Below are positions 30,520 through 41,605 of a DNA stretch of 64,000 nt, piece after piece. The stretch is from IMG/VR virus record IMGVR_UViG_2540341129_000004, one strand, 5' to 3'. The translations under genes were made by a program, and so were the position numbers. The DNA comes from an uncultured virus (IMG/VR IMGVR_UViG_2540341129_000004) (lineage: Duplodnaviria > Heunggongvirae > Uroviricota > Caudoviricetes). Under the pieces are notes generated by a model. The model had not been told where the DNA came from and did no database searches. It was given only the letters and a program-made list of their open reading frames with translations. Numbering within the stretch: position 1 is the stretch's first letter; every line of letters starts with the position of its first letter.

Positions 30520-32037
30520 TTGCTACAAGACAAAAAAGCAATTATACAAGTGTTGGGGAGCATATTAAAGGAACCCTCGCTCTTATCTGAAAGTAACGGA
30601 TACAACCTATCAAAGGCCGACTTTCCCGAAAGATTTCATTCAATTCTCTTTGCTGCAATGTGTAACTTATTTAATCAAGGCACAGAGGTTATAAATGAAG
30701 TTGAGATTGATGGATATCTAAAAAACTATGGAATTCAGTATAAAGTTTTCAATGACAATGACGGTATAAATTATATTCATACAATACAGAATTTGGCGGA
30801 AGTCGAAAACTTTGAGTTTTATTATAACCGTTTAAAAAAGTTTAGTTTAATCAGGGAAATGCATGGACTAGGGTTTGACGTCAGAGAAATATACGATCAT
30901 ACAATAATTGATCCTAGAGAGCAAGAGGCTATGCAGGAACGCTTTGATAAGAAGTCAATAGAAGAAATACTTTCACATTACGAAATGAAGATTATTGAAG
31001 TAAAAGATAAATTCAAAACAAACTCTCAAAGCAAGGGTATTCAGGCTGGAGAGGGTGTTCATCAGTTTTTAGATAGGTTAAAGCTCTCACCAGATATTGG
31101 AGTACCTTTGAACAGTGAAATTCAAACTTCGATTTTTAGGGGATCTCGAAGGAAAAAGTTCTATTTGAGATCGGGTACCACTGGAGGAGGTAAGACAAGA
31201 AACATGGTTGCAGATGCCTGCTTCTTAGGCGCAACCCAAATTTACAATATCAAAGAAAAACAATGGCAAGATAACCTTTTTAGAGAGAACGCATCTGTAA
31301 TTTCAACGGAAATGGTACCTGAGGAACTGCAAAGTATAGCAATAGCATATATCTCAGGTGTACCAGAAGAGAAAATACTTCAAAATTCCGCTACAAAGTC
31401 TGAAGAAGAAAGAATTAGAAAGGCGGCAGATATATTAGAGGAATCTCCTATTTGGTTTGAACATTTGCCGGATTTCAATATCAAAGAAATAGAAGAGACT
31501 ATTGAGAAAAACGTTAGAAAACACAATGTCGGGTATATTTATTTTGATTATATCCATTCCTCTGTAACCATTTTTTCAGAAATGAGCAGAAACAGTGGAA
31601 TAAGCTTAAGAGAAGACCAAATTTTACTGCTCATGGCTGATAAGTTAAAGGCCTTATGTAATAAATATGATGTTTTTATGATGAGTGCAACGCAGCTGAA
31701 CGGTGAATGGAAGGACGCTTGGCTAAAAGGCCTACAAATTGATGCTAATTATTTAAGAGGAAGTAAGGCTATTGCAGATAAAACTGACGTAGCGATGATT
31801 ATTCTTCCATTAAGCAAAAAAGAGAAGGAAGCTGCTTCAGACATAATGAAAAATGGCTTTGGATACAAGATGCCTAACTTTGTTGTCCATGTATTTAAGA
31901 ATCGTGGGAATAAACATGATAAGCTTAAGATTTTCACATACATAAACATGGATATCATGAGAACGGAAGATTGTTTTACCACAAATATTGATAACGAATT
32001 AATTACAGTTGAAAAATTGAATATTAAAGCAGGATAA
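30520..32037 (+). CDS. yorI: DnaB-like replicative helicase
   Basis: GTTGGGKT, STEM, FDYI, ATQLN, KNR motifs. Confidence 0.9.
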   Translation: MLQDKKAIIQVLGSILKEPSLLSESNGYNLSKADFPERFHSILFAAMCNLFNQGTEVINEVEIDGYLKNYGIQYKVFNDNDGINYIHTIQNLAEVENFEFYYNRLKKFSLIREMHGLGFDVREIYDHTIIDPREQEAMQERFDKKSIEEILSHYEMKIIEVKDKFKTNSQSKGIQAGEGVHQFLDRLKLSPDIGVPLNSEIQTSIFRGSRRKKFYLRSGTTGGGKTRNMVADACFLGATQIYNIKEKQWQDNLFRENASVISTEMVPEELQSIAIAYISGVPEEKILQNSATKSEEERIRKAADILEESPIWFEHLPDFNIKEIEETIEKNVRKHNVGYIYFDYIHSSVTIFSEMSRNSGISLREDQILLLMADKLKALCNKYDVFMMSATQLNGEWKDAWLKGLQIDANYLRGSKAIADKTDVAMIILPLSKKEKEAASDIMKNGFGYKMPNFVVHVFKNRGNKHDKLKIFTYINMDIMRTEDCFTTNIDNELITVEKLNIKAG

Positions 32038-32052
32038 GGGGTGTAGCACCCT

Positions 32053-33189
32053 TTGAAATATGATAAGAACAGGATAAAAGAAAGTCTTACGCTTGAGGAT
32101 ATACATAAAATATTAAAAGAATTGGGTAGCGAAAATAATCAATGGGATCAACAAGGAAACCCAATATACAGAACCGTTTGTCATAACGCTTCTGGTGGAA
32201 GCTACAAGCTGTATTATTACCACGAAGCAAAGCAGTTTCATTGCTATACAGAATGTGGAGACACATTCGATGTTTTTGAGCTAGTCATACGGGCAAATAG
32301 CCAAAAAGGGATCAATATACCTTTCAATCAAGCCATTGAGTATGTTGCAAGGATAGCTGGGAGAACATTTGGCTTTGGTAATAGAGAGACATTCACGAAC
32401 AATGATTTAATTGATGACTGGGAATGGATGGGGAAGTTCAAAAAGAAGAAAAAGATAGACATTGAGCTTCCCAGTTTCAATGAGACTGTTTTAGATGTGT
32501 TTATGCCTTATCCTCATCAAATGTGGTTGGAAGAGGGAATAAGCATGCAAACATTAAATGATTTTGAAATTGGCTACTATTTTAGAACCCACACAGAAGG
32601 GATAACCATTCCACATCGGGATTTAAATAATAGATTGATTGGCATACGTAGACGATCACTTATTAAAGAGGAAGTTGATGCCGGTTATAAATATATGCCT
32701 TTAAAAGTTGGGAACACCTTGTATAATCATCAGACCATGATGAATTTATATGGATTACATAAAACAAAAGATTCTATTGAAAGGTTTAAAAAAGCTTTAA
32801 TTTTTGAATCAGAAAAGTCTGTGTTAAAATGCCAGGATTTTTATGGAGAAGCAAATTTCACGTGTGCAGTCTGTTCAAACAACATTTCAAATTTTCACCA
32901 TGATATCTTACTATCTCTTGGAGTGGAAGAAGTTTTTATTGCTCTAGATAAATATAGACCACCGAAAGAACATGAGACAGAGGAGATGTATCAACGTAAA
33001 CTGCTAGAGTATCAGAAAAAAATCTTGAAGCTTGCAGCAAAATTCACGCCGTATGTTCGTGTGTATGTTTTATGGGATTTTGAAAACATGTTGGATTATA
33101 AAGACAGTCCAGCTGATAAGGGAAAAGACGTTTTAGAGGAGTTGATGAGAAGAAAAATTGAAATCAATACGAATGAAGGAGGGATTTAG
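32053..33189 (+). CDS. yorJ: DNA primase
   Basis: CH...CYTEC Zn finger, FESEKS and IALD TOPRIM motifs. Confidence 0.85.
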   Translation: MKYDKNRIKESLTLEDIHKILKELGSENNQWDQQGNPIYRTVCHNASGGSYKLYYYHEAKQFHCYTECGDTFDVFELVIRANSQKGINIPFNQAIEYVARIAGRTFGFGNRETFTNNDLIDDWEWMGKFKKKKKIDIELPSFNETVLDVFMPYPHQMWLEEGISMQTLNDFEIGYYFRTHTEGITIPHRDLNNRLIGIRRRSLIKEEVDAGYKYMPLKVGNTLYNHQTMMNLYGLHKTKDSIERFKKALIFESEKSVLKCQDFYGEANFTCAVCSNNISNFHHDILLSLGVEEVFIALDKYRPPKEHETEEMYQRKLLEYQKKILKLAAKFTPYVRVYVLWDFENMLDYKDSPADKGKDVLEELMRRKIEINTNEGGI

Positions 33190-34916
33190 TGGCTTATAAG
33201 CTCATTGGCAACAATGATTATAATTTCAATCCATTATCGACAATTTTAAAAAACAGAGGGATTGAAAATCCGAAGAGTTTTATTGATGTGAACCAGAGCT
33301 CAGTCATTCATTTTTCAAAACTCGATAACATTGATAAAGCATCTGATTGTTTAATAAAGCATTTAGAGGATAAAAATAAAATATTTGTTCAAGTGGATAG
33401 CGATGTAGATGGGTACACATCCAGTTCAATCATTATCAATTACATAAAAGCAATTTATCCGAAAGCTGACATACGATACCGGATTCATGAAGATAAAGAG
33501 CACGGCATTTTCATTGATACAATTCCTGATGATGTCGACTTAGTTTTAATTCCGGATGCTGGATCAGGTCAATTTGATGAACATGAGGAGCTAAAAAAGA
33601 ATGGCGTAGATGTAATTGTTATTGACCATCATGAATGTGAAAGAGAATCTAAACACGCTATAGTCGTCAACAATCAGCTCTCGACTGAGTATTCAAACAA
33701 AACATTAACGGGTGCTGGAATGGCATATAAGCTTTGCCAGGCCATTGATTATAAGCTAGGCAAAACCAAAGCAGAACAATTTTTAGATCTTGTTTCTATT
33801 GGTAATATAGCCGATTCAGCTGATTCAAGAAATCTAGAGACCAGGTACTTTATGAATGAAGGCTTAAGGAACATTAAGCATCCACTAATCAAAAAGCTCT
33901 TAAAAAAACAAGAGTTTTCAACCAAGGGTTGCACAAACATACAGAACACACAGTTCTTTATTAATCCATTAATTAACGCAGCTATAAGGGTCGGTAGTAG
34001 TGAAGAAAAAGATCAATTGTTGAGATCGTTTCTGTTGTCTAAAGAAAAAGTTCCATATAAGAAACGTGGACAAGATGAAATCAATCTCGTGTCAATTCAC
34101 GATGACACAGTCAGGATTTTGGGGAACCTTAAAGCTAAACAGAAACGCATTGTTGATGCAGCTACAGTGGAAATTAAAAACAGAATTGAAGAAAAGAATT
34201 TGGTAGCTAATAAAGTGCTTATAGTCTACACTGAGGGAATTTTGGATAAAAGCTTGACTGGGCTAGTAGCAAACGTACTTGCAGGTGAATATAAAAAGCC
34301 AGTTTTGCTGGCTAGAAAAAGCGATGAAGAAGAAGGGATGTTGAGCGGGTCTATTCGAGGGTATGAGACTGGCTACATCAAAGATTTTAAAAAAGAGCTA
34401 ACAGATACTGGGCTGTTTGAATTTGTTAAAGGCCATCCAAATGCAGCCGGATTTGCAATCAAGCGTGAAAACTTGATTTTGGTTAATGAAGTTCTAAATG
34501 AAAAATTTAAAGATGTAGAGACAGGTGAAGAAGTTCAAAATGTTGACTTTGAGATACCGGCTAATCAACTTAGAAAGGAATTTTTAATTAAGCTGTATAG
34601 CTATAAAGATTATTGGGGCTATAAGGTCGAAGAACCATTAGTAGCAATAACAGAACTAGAAATTGATGTTGATCAAATTGAACACATCGGGAAAAAGAAC
34701 AAGACAACAGTCAAGTTTAAACATGGAGATATTGAATACATACGCTTTAAAAGTGATACAGAGTACTTTGAGAAAATTACTCAATCAAATGGAACTTTAA
34801 TACTTAATGTTGTTGGTAAGGCAAGGGTAAATGAATATAAGGGCAGACAAACACCTCAAATTGAAATTTATGACTTGGAGGTGGTTCGCACAAAGAAAAA
34901 AGAACTTGTGTTTTAA
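33189..34916 (+). CDS. yorK: RecJ-like DHH ssDNA exonuclease
   Basis: DSDVDG, IDHH, GHPNAAG. Confidence 0.92.
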   Translation: MAYKLIGNNDYNFNPLSTILKNRGIENPKSFIDVNQSSVIHFSKLDNIDKASDCLIKHLEDKNKIFVQVDSDVDGYTSSSIIINYIKAIYPKADIRYRIHEDKEHGIFIDTIPDDVDLVLIPDAGSGQFDEHEELKKNGVDVIVIDHHECERESKHAIVVNNQLSTEYSNKTLTGAGMAYKLCQAIDYKLGKTKAEQFLDLVSIGNIADSADSRNLETRYFMNEGLRNIKHPLIKKLLKKQEFSTKGCTNIQNTQFFINPLINAAIRVGSSEEKDQLLRSFLLSKEKVPYKKRGQDEINLVSIHDDTVRILGNLKAKQKRIVDAATVEIKNRIEEKNLVANKVLIVYTEGILDKSLTGLVANVLAGEYKKPVLLARKSDEEEGMLSGSIRGYETGYIKDFKKELTDTGLFEFVKGHPNAAGFAIKRENLILVNEVLNEKFKDVETGEEVQNVDFEIPANQLRKEFLIKLYSYKDYWGYKVEEPLVAITELEIDVDQIEHIGKKNKTTVKFKHGDIEYIRFKSDTEYFEKITQSNGTLILNVVGKARVNEYKGRQTPQIEIYDLEVVRTKKKELVF

Positions 34917-34928
34917 GGGGGATGAAAA

Positions 34929-37900
34929 TTGATTGGATGTCACTGTCACACTGATAAAAGTAACATAAGACTTCTCGATTCAACAAACTCAGTTGGAGAA
35001 TTGCTTAAGACAGCGGTTCAGATGAATTATAAAGGATTAGCTATTACTGACCATGAGGTTCTTTCAGCGCATTTGGAAGCGATTAAGACTGTCAGAGAAA
35101 TGAAGAAAAAAGGGGATATGCCTGCAGATTTTAAACTCATACTTGGGAATGAAGCATATTTAGTCGATTCACTGGAAGAAGTTCGTGATAACTATAAGTC
35201 AGGACAGACAAAGTTTCCGCACTTTTTAATGTTGGCAATCGATCCTATAGGACATGAGCAGCTAAGAATACTGTCTTCACAAGCCTGGGGAAATTCATTT
35301 TACACAGGAACAATGGAAAGAGTGCCAACAGTTAAAAAGGATGTAGAAGAACTGCTTAGCAAAGATCCAGGTCACATTATCGCTACAACAGCTTGTCTCG
35401 GCTCTGAGGTGAATATCAATTTACTCAGAATCAAAGAATGCGAAGAAAGTGGAGACATTCAGTCAATCAAGCAGCACAAATTAAAAATTCATGAGTTTAT
35501 AACATGGTGTGTAAAAGTCTTTGGGAAAGATAAGTTCTTTATTGAGCTTCAGCCAGCTTTAAGTGAAGAGCAGATTTATTGTAATAAGAAACTTGCTGAT
35601 ATAGCTAGCGGCTACGGATTGAAAATGATTGTCACAACTGATGCACACTTTCTTAGACCGGAAGACAGGGCAATTCATCAAGCTTTTTTAAACGCCAAGG
35701 ATGGAGAGAGAGAAGTCGACTCTTTTTATGAAGCATGTTTTGTTCAGAATGTTGATGAAATTCATGAGAGAATGGACTACATGGACGAAGAGATCATCAA
35801 TGAGGCCATTGAAAACACATTGCTAATTGGAGAGATGATTGAAGACTATACTATTGAGCACGAACCAATTATTCCGAAAATGGCTTTACCTGAGTTTGAA
35901 TTATCCCATTTGTTCAAGCCGGCATATGAGAAATATAAATATATAAAATTAATGGCGGAATCTGATGAAGAACAGGACAGGTATTTGTTAAAGCTAATTG
36001 AAGATGGTTTTAAGGCAAAGCTAATGAAAAAGGATATGTCTAAAAAAGAATTGCACTCAATTTTAAAACGGATTGATCTAGAATTGGGTGAGCTTTGGGA
36101 AATTAGTGAGAAGCTAAAACAGGCCATGTCATCTTATTATGTTACAGTCCGGGAAATCATCAATACAATTTGGGATGATGAATGTGGAGGAGACAGCTTA
36201 GTTGGAGCAGCAAGGGGGAGCGCAGCAGGTTTCTTAGTAAATTACTTGTTAGATATTACGCAAATTAACCCAATGCAGTACAACCTTCCTCATTGGCGTC
36301 ACATACATAAATCGAGACCAGATTTGCCGGATATCGATATTGATACTGAAGGATCTAAGCGTCCAAGAATCTTAAAAGCATTAAGGGACAAGTTTGGAGA
36401 AAAAAGAGTACTGCAGATTTGTACTTTTGGAACTGAGAAATCTAAATCCGCACTTCAAACTGCTTGCAGAGGCTTAGGAATTGATAACGATATCTCTCAA
36501 TATTTAAGTGGAATGATTCCATTTGAAAGGGGAGCAAACTGGACACTCTCCGATTGTTTCTTTGGCAATGAAGAATTAGGAAGAAAGCCTATTAAGGAAT
36601 TTATTAGAGAGGTCGAGGGATATCCCAATCTGAAAGAAACCTGTCTGAAAATTGAAGGTTTAACTAACAAACGATCTTCTCATGCAGCCGGCGTCCTAAT
36701 ATTCAATGATGAATACACCAAATCAAACGCAATGATGAGGACACCAAAAGGAGCATATATCACACAGTTCAATATGGGCGACAGTGAAGCAATGGGTTCA
36801 GTTAAGTATGATCTATTGACTATTGAGGGATTAGATAAAATTCGAGTAGCCTTAGACCAGCTTATCGAAGACAATCAAATAGAGTCCCAAGGAACTTTAA
36901 AAAGAACTTATACAAAGTATTTGCATCCAGACACTTTGGAGTATAACTCTAAGAGAATATGGGAAATGGCTGGCGAAGGAGAAATAATGGATTTGTTTCA
37001 GTTTGATACAGAAGTGGGCAACCAATCCGTTGTTAAAGTTAAGCCGAAAAACTTATTGGAAACAGCTGTAACAAATTCTTTAATGAGACTGATGTCAGAA
37101 GGGGAAGAACAGCCTGTAGATACATATGTAAGATTTAAAAAAGACATCGACCACTGGTATCAAGAAATGAGAAATTACAATTTAAATTCAGAAGAAATGG
37201 ATGTACTTAAAAAACATCTATATAAACCAGAAGAAGGTCTATACGGGATCGCAGATACACAGGAATCAGTTATGATGCTATCCATGGACAAAGAAATTGC
37301 TGGGTTTAGCATTGAAGAATCTAATAAGCTAAGAAAAGGGATAGCCAAAAAAATCAAAAAAATGATTGATGCAATAAAGACAATGTTTTTTGAGAAAGGG
37401 CGAAGCTTGGGAACATCTGAAAACCTTTTAAAATATGTCTGGGAAGTACAATTTAAAAGACAATTCGGATACTCGTTCAGCAGCCTGCATACTCTTGCAT
37501 ATTCTATTATTGCTCTTCAAGAATTGAACCTTAACTATAAGTACAACCCATTGTATTGGAGCACAGCTTGTTTAACGGTCAACAGTGGTGGAATTGAGAG
37601 CGAAGAAGATCAGGCCACCAAAAAATCAGCCGCCACAAACTATGGTAAAGTGGCTGCAGCTATAGGGAATATCAGAAAAAGAGGAATTAAAGTTGATTTA
37701 CCTGATATCAATAGCGCAAATTTTGGTTTTAAAGCAGATACGGAAAGTAACTCTATTATATTTGGATTAAAAGGAATGAATGGAATCGGTGACGATGTTG
37801 TTCATCAAATAATTGCAAATAGGCCATACAGTGACTTTGACGACTTCATCGAAAGAATGTTCAGAAGTAGCATCCTAAAAAAAGGACAGGTAATCCAACT

Positions 37901-38858
37901 AATAAAAGGTGGTTGTTTTGATTCTTTTGGTGATAGACAAAAAATAATGGAATCCTTTATTAGTTTGATATCTGAGCCTAAAACTAAACTAACTTTATCG
38001 AATTTAAAAATGCTAATTGAAAACAATATTGTTCCCCAGGAATATGCTTTAGAAATTAGATTCTTCCGTTTCAAAGAATACATCAGCAAAAAGGTTTACA
38101 AGACAATGAAATCTCCAAAAGACAGGCTTTTCTTATTAGATGATATGTCTTCCGACTTTTACAATCAGCATTTCAGTGAAAGCGGAATCGTTGATATGAT
38201 TAATGGGCAACTTGTTATATCAGAAAGGTTGTTTAAAAAAGAATATGACAGTAAAATGTCCAAAATCAAAGACTGGATATCGACTGAAGAAGCCTTAAGT
38301 GGGCTTAACAATTGCTTACTTAAGAAAGAGTGGTCTAAGTATGCCGATGGATCTCTTGGTAAATGGGAGATGGATTCATTGAGTTATTACTATAACGATC
38401 ATGAACTTTCTGGTGTTAACTTTGCTAAGTATGATATTGCTGATTTTTATGAGTTGCCAGAAGAGCCAATCAAAGGGAAACCATATCAATGGCGAGGAAA
38501 AACTCTGTATGAATATGAAACGACTCGAATTATAGGAACCGTATTAGACAGGGATAAAAACAAGCACACAATCACACTCCTTACACCTACAGGGGTGGTT
38601 ACAGTTAAACAGTGGGCTGGCAGCTTTGGACATTATAATAAACAGATTTCTCGACCTGTCACTGGCGGCAAAAAAGAGGTTGTTGAGAAGTCATGGTATA
38701 CCAGAGGAACTTTGCTCATGTTCACTGGATTCAGAAGAGGCAATAACTTTATCCCTAAAGTATATAAGAACAGTATCTATAGCCACACGGTCTGTAGAAT
38801 TGATCATGTTGATAGGAAAGGGAATATCAGTCTAACAACCAAAAGAGCTGAGGTATAG
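34929..38858 (+). CDS. yorL: DNA polymerase III alpha (DnaE-type)
   Basis: PHP domain HCHT/AITDH, RGSAAG, PDIDID, SHAAGV; no intein-sized insertion. Confidence 0.95.
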   Translation: MIGCHCHTDKSNIRLLDSTNSVGELLKTAVQMNYKGLAITDHEVLSAHLEAIKTVREMKKKGDMPADFKLILGNEAYLVDSLEEVRDNYKSGQTKFPHFLMLAIDPIGHEQLRILSSQAWGNSFYTGTMERVPTVKKDVEELLSKDPGHIIATTACLGSEVNINLLRIKECEESGDIQSIKQHKLKIHEFITWCVKVFGKDKFFIELQPALSEEQIYCNKKLADIASGYGLKMIVTTDAHFLRPEDRAIHQAFLNAKDGEREVDSFYEACFVQNVDEIHERMDYMDEEIINEAIENTLLIGEMIEDYTIEHEPIIPKMALPEFELSHLFKPAYEKYKYIKLMAESDEEQDRYLLKLIEDGFKAKLMKKDMSKKELHSILKRIDLELGELWEISEKLKQAMSSYYVTVREIINTIWDDECGGDSLVGAARGSAAGFLVNYLLDITQINPMQYNLPHWRHIHKSRPDLPDIDIDTEGSKRPRILKALRDKFGEKRVLQICTFGTEKSKSALQTACRGLGIDNDISQYLSGMIPFERGANWTLSDCFFGNEELGRKPIKEFIREVEGYPNLKETCLKIEGLTNKRSSHAAGVLIFNDEYTKSNAMMRTPKGAYITQFNMGDSEAMGSVKYDLLTIEGLDKIRVALDQLIEDNQIESQGTLKRTYTKYLHPDTLEYNSKRIWEMAGEGEIMDLFQFDTEVGNQSVVKVKPKNLLETAVTNSLMRLMSEGEEQPVDTYVRFKKDIDHWYQEMRNYNLNSEEMDVLKKHLYKPEEGLYGIADTQESVMMLSMDKEIAGFSIEESNKLRKGIAKKIKKMIDAIKTMFFEKGRSLGTSENLLKYVWEVQFKRQFGYSFSSLHTLAYSIIALQELNLNYKYNPLYWSTACLTVNSGGIESEEDQATKKSAATNYGKVAAAIGNIRKRGIKVDLPDINSANFGFKADTESNSIIFGLKGMNGIGDDVVHQIIANRPYSDFDDFIERMFRSSILKKGQVIQLIKGGCFDSFGDRQKIMESFISLISEPKTKLTLSNLKMLIENNIVPQEYALEIRFFRFKEYISKKVYKTMKSPKDRLFLLDDMSSDFYNQHFSESGIVDMINGQLVISERLFKKEYDSKMSKIKDWISTEEALSGLNNCLLKKEWSKYADGSLGKWEMDSLSYYYNDHELSGVNFAKYDIADFYELPEEPIKGKPYQWRGKTLYEYETTRIIGTVLDRDKNKHTITLLTPTGVVTVKQWAGSFGHYNKQISRPVTGGKKEVVEKSWYTRGTLLMFTGFRRGNNFIPKVYKNSIYSHTVCRIDHVDRKGNISLTTKRAEV

Positions 38859-38884
38859 GAGGGAGGATTATCAATAAAAATTTT

Positions 38885-39592
38885 ATGAATAAAAATAAAA
38901 TAAAAACACACATTTCCAGATCTGTTTATGGTATGATGATTTTAATTCCCTTAACCACTTTTTCTTACATAAGTTATGAGCAGAATTTGCATAAAACAGA
39001 GGGAAATGAAGACTCAATAAAAGAATCATTTTATAAGAAGCCTAGACAGATTAGGATCCCATCAAGTGAGAATATTGTCTTACGGCTATTTAAAAAAGCT
39101 CAAACGAACAAAGAACAACAATTAAAAAGGCATACAGAGAAGATTATCTCAGCAAAACTCATTAAACCTAAGCAAAGTAAGAAAAGGCACAGGAAAGGAG
39201 GTGAGACGGTAAAGCATAAACTTTTTAAGAATAAAAATAAAATATATAAACACAAAAAAGAAAACAAGACGCCGGCAGCAAAAAAAACTATCCAGGTTAA
39301 GCTGAGTGCTTATATTGCCCACTGCCAAGAAGGATGCACAGGAACCACAAGAACAGGTGTTGATGTCACTCGATCAATCTATTACAAAGGGTATCGTGTT
39401 ATTGCAACCGATCCAAGTGTTATTCCTTTGAATTCAATTGTTGAAGTAAGAATTGGTGGAAAAACATTTAAAGCAATTGCAATTGATACTGGAGGCGCAA
39501 TAGTTGGAAATAAAGTGGACTTGCTCGTAGCAACCGAGCGTGACGCAATTAATTTTGGCAAGCAAAGTGGGACAATCTCGATTATTAGTTAG
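38885..39592 (+). CDS. yorM: Membrane-anchored 3D-domain (cell-wall lytic) protein
   Basis: SAY...IATDPSVIPLNS...AIDTGGAIVGNKVDL. Confidence 0.85.
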   Translation: MNKNKIKTHISRSVYGMMILIPLTTFSYISYEQNLHKTEGNEDSIKESFYKKPRQIRIPSSENIVLRLFKKAQTNKEQQLKRHTEKIISAKLIKPKQSKKRHRKGGETVKHKLFKNKNKIYKHKKENKTPAAKKTIQVKLSAYIAHCQEGCTGTTRTGVDVTRSIYYKGYRVIATDPSVIPLNSIVEVRIGGKTFKAIAIDTGGAIVGNKVDLLVATERDAINFGKQSGTISIIS

Positions 39593-39603
39593 GAGGCGGT
39601 TAA

Positions 39604-39807
39604 TTGCCGAAGTTTTGGTCTTATCCAGAAGGGTTAAAAGTCATCATAAATGAGAATGCAAAGAACGCTTGTCCTCATCATGTTGGACGGGAGGGGAAAA
39701 TTATTGAGTTGCTTCACTCTGCGACATATGATTACGCGGTCAGTGATGAAACAGGTGACATTACATTCTTCAAGGAGCATGAATTAAATCCAGCTAAAGG
39801 AGGTTAA
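39604..39807 (+). CDS. yorP: YorP-family protein
   Basis: MPKFWSYPEGLKV...CPHHVGREG. Confidence 0.8.
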   Translation: MPKFWSYPEGLKVIINENAKNACPHHVGREGKIIELLHSATYDYAVSDETGDITFFKEHELNPAKGG

Positions 39808-39811
39808 TTGT

Positions 39812-39970
39812 ATGTTTAAAAAGGGAGAGAAGGTGATTGCTGGTTTCACAGGAGAGATTGGTATTGTTGCACAAGTTGATAAAGGACATGAGCAATTAGA
39901 AGTTGAGTATCCAGACGGCTCATATAGAGTGATTGGCTTCAGCAATGTGAGAAGGGTGGAAGATAAATGA
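39812..39970 (+). CDS. Small SH3-like protein (YorQ position)
   Basis: MFKKGEKVIAGFTGEIG...; SD AAAGGAGG. Confidence 0.6.
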   Translation: MFKKGEKVIAGFTGEIGIVAQVDKGHEQLEVEYPDGSYRVIGFSNVRRVEDK

Positions 39971-40464
39971 CGATGATTATTTTAGAAGGCGCTGACTGCT
40001 GCTACAAATCAACAGTAGCAGATAAGCTGAGCAAAGAACTCGGATATCCGGTAATAAAGGGATCCAGCTTTGAATTGGCCAAGAGCGGTAATGAGAAGCT
40101 GTTTGAACACTTTAATAAGCTAGCCGATGAGGACAATGTAATTATTGACCGATACATATATTCAAATTTAGTTTATGCGAGGGAGTTCAAGGATTACTCA
40201 ATCTTAACGGAAGAGCAGCAAAGGGCAATTGAGGAGAAGATTAGGGGTAAAGCCAATGTGATCTACTTACATGCTGATCCGAAGGTTATTAAACAACGTT
40301 TAAGTGAACGCGGTGATGAATACATTAATGATCGTGATATTGAGCCGGTTTTAGAATTATATAGAGAGGTTATGAGCAATGCAGGATTACATACATATTC
40401 ATGGGATACAGGGCAGTGGGATAGCGATGACATTGTTGAGGATTTAATTCAATTATTTGAGTAA
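39967..40464 (+). CDS. yorR: Nucleoside monophosphate kinase-like protein
   Basis: LEGADCCYKST P-loop variant, IIDR. Confidence 0.85.
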   Translation: MTMIILEGADCCYKSTVADKLSKELGYPVIKGSSFELAKSGNEKLFEHFNKLADEDNVIIDRYIYSNLVYAREFKDYSILTEEQQRAIEEKIRGKANVIYLHADPKVIKQRLSERGDEYINDRDIEPVLELYREVMSNAGLHTYSWDTGQWDSDDIVEDLIQLFE

Positions 40465-40503
40465 AACAAACAGAGAAGGAGTGAATTAACACTCCTTAGT
40501 AAA

Positions 40504-40851
40504 CTAACGTGCTTCTACTGTAATTTTATAAATTACATAATTGTCGTTAATGTCATACGCATAAACCAATGCTGTGCCCAAAGTTGAATGAGAGGATACG
40601 ACACCACTGGAACTAATGCTTATAAGGTTGCTTCCAGATACAATTTCCCACCGGGTGTAGCCTTTTAATAGAGATACGTTAGAATTCCTAAGCATGTGAA
40701 AATCAACTGTACCAAGCGGATCACCTAGCTGCTTAACTTGATCAACTGATTTGACAGGGGTTAAAGCAGAAGCCTGTGATGTGAATGCAGGGAGTACTAG
40801 TGCTGTAAGCGATAGAGCAGAAACAATCAATCCTTTGTAAAACTTTTTCAT
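40504..40851 (-). CDS. Secreted Ig-like small protein
   Basis: Signal peptide ending ASA; SD AGGAGG; hairpin at 40476-40497. Confidence 0.7.
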   Translation of the reverse strand: MKKFYKGLIVSALSLTALVLPAFTSQASALTPVKSVDQVKQLGDPLGTVDFHMLRNSNVSLLKGYTRWEIVSGSNLISISSSGVVSSHSTLGTALVYAYDINDNYVIYKITVEAR

Positions 40852-40975
40852 AAGAATTACCTCCTAGGTTTTGATTGTGGTTACACCTCCAGTCTAGCAT
40901 GTTAAATATTTGAAATGTGTGAAGTGTTTGTGAAACTGTTTGAAATATCTCATTTATTTAGAAAAGGGTGAAAAA

Positions 40976-41245
40976 ATGGGGCTCAAAATAAAATTTAGAG
41001 ATCAAATATTAGAGTTGCGTAGAAAAATGTCATTGCAATTACATCGGTTATTAGAAGACTTGACATTTTGGACTTTCAATGAATATGAAGTTCAAAAATG
41101 TATTGATGAGTATGCATTAGAGTTAGTCGAGAAGAGAACAGGCAATAAATATAAGCTTCAAATTATAGACAAGAACAAAAATGTTTGGGGCGAATTAAAA
41201 CCTGAAGAGCCAGGTTGTATTGGGTATTTTGTACAATCTACATAA
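40976..41245 (+). CDS. Hypothetical protein
   Basis: ORF with SD. Confidence 0.6.
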   Translation: MGLKIKFRDQILELRRKMSLQLHRLLEDLTFWTFNEYEVQKCIDEYALELVEKRTGNKYKLQIIDKNKNVWGELKPEEPGCIGYFVQST

Positions 41246-41276
41246 AAGATCAATTTTATCGAAATGAGGTTGTGAA

Positions 41277-41555
41277 ATGGAAGTTAAATGGTTAGTTATT
41301 TTTAATGATTGTAAAACCGGCAGTTCTTTGAGTGAGCTTACATATAGTAAGGATGGGGAAGGAAACCACCTAAGATTAGAGTCAATGGTGCCTCGTACAG
41401 GTGACTATATTGTAGGAGGAGATCTGTCATCAGATATAAATGATAAGAGGTGCTTTATTGTGAAAAATGTCTTCTGGAATCTAGATAGGAGAGATATAGA
41501 GGTTTATCTTTATGAGGTTGACAGGACTGTTTTCCCTTTATATAAATCGCTATAA
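41277..41555 (+). CDS. Hypothetical protein
   Basis: ORF bounded by palindromic sites. Confidence 0.6.
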   Translation: MEVKWLVIFNDCKTGSSLSELTYSKDGEGNHLRLESMVPRTGDYIVGGDLSSDINDKRCFIVKNVFWNLDRRDIEVYLYEVDRTVFPLYKSL

Positions 41556-41605
41556 AATTTGTCTTTTAAAGAGTAAAAATAAAATACAAGAGGTGAATCA
41601 ATCAT

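Noticed and set aside
3125..38835. Many short antisense/overlapping ORFs in the track (e.g. 3125-3307, 10537-10752, 23665-24045, 29197-29466, 35846-36127, 37805-38089)
   Set aside because: Shadow frames of well-supported genes, with no SD or recognisable motifs.
34929..38858. Possible intein in DnaE
   Set aside because: Length matches an uninterrupted SPbeta YorL and no intein terminal or LAGLIDADG motifs were seen.
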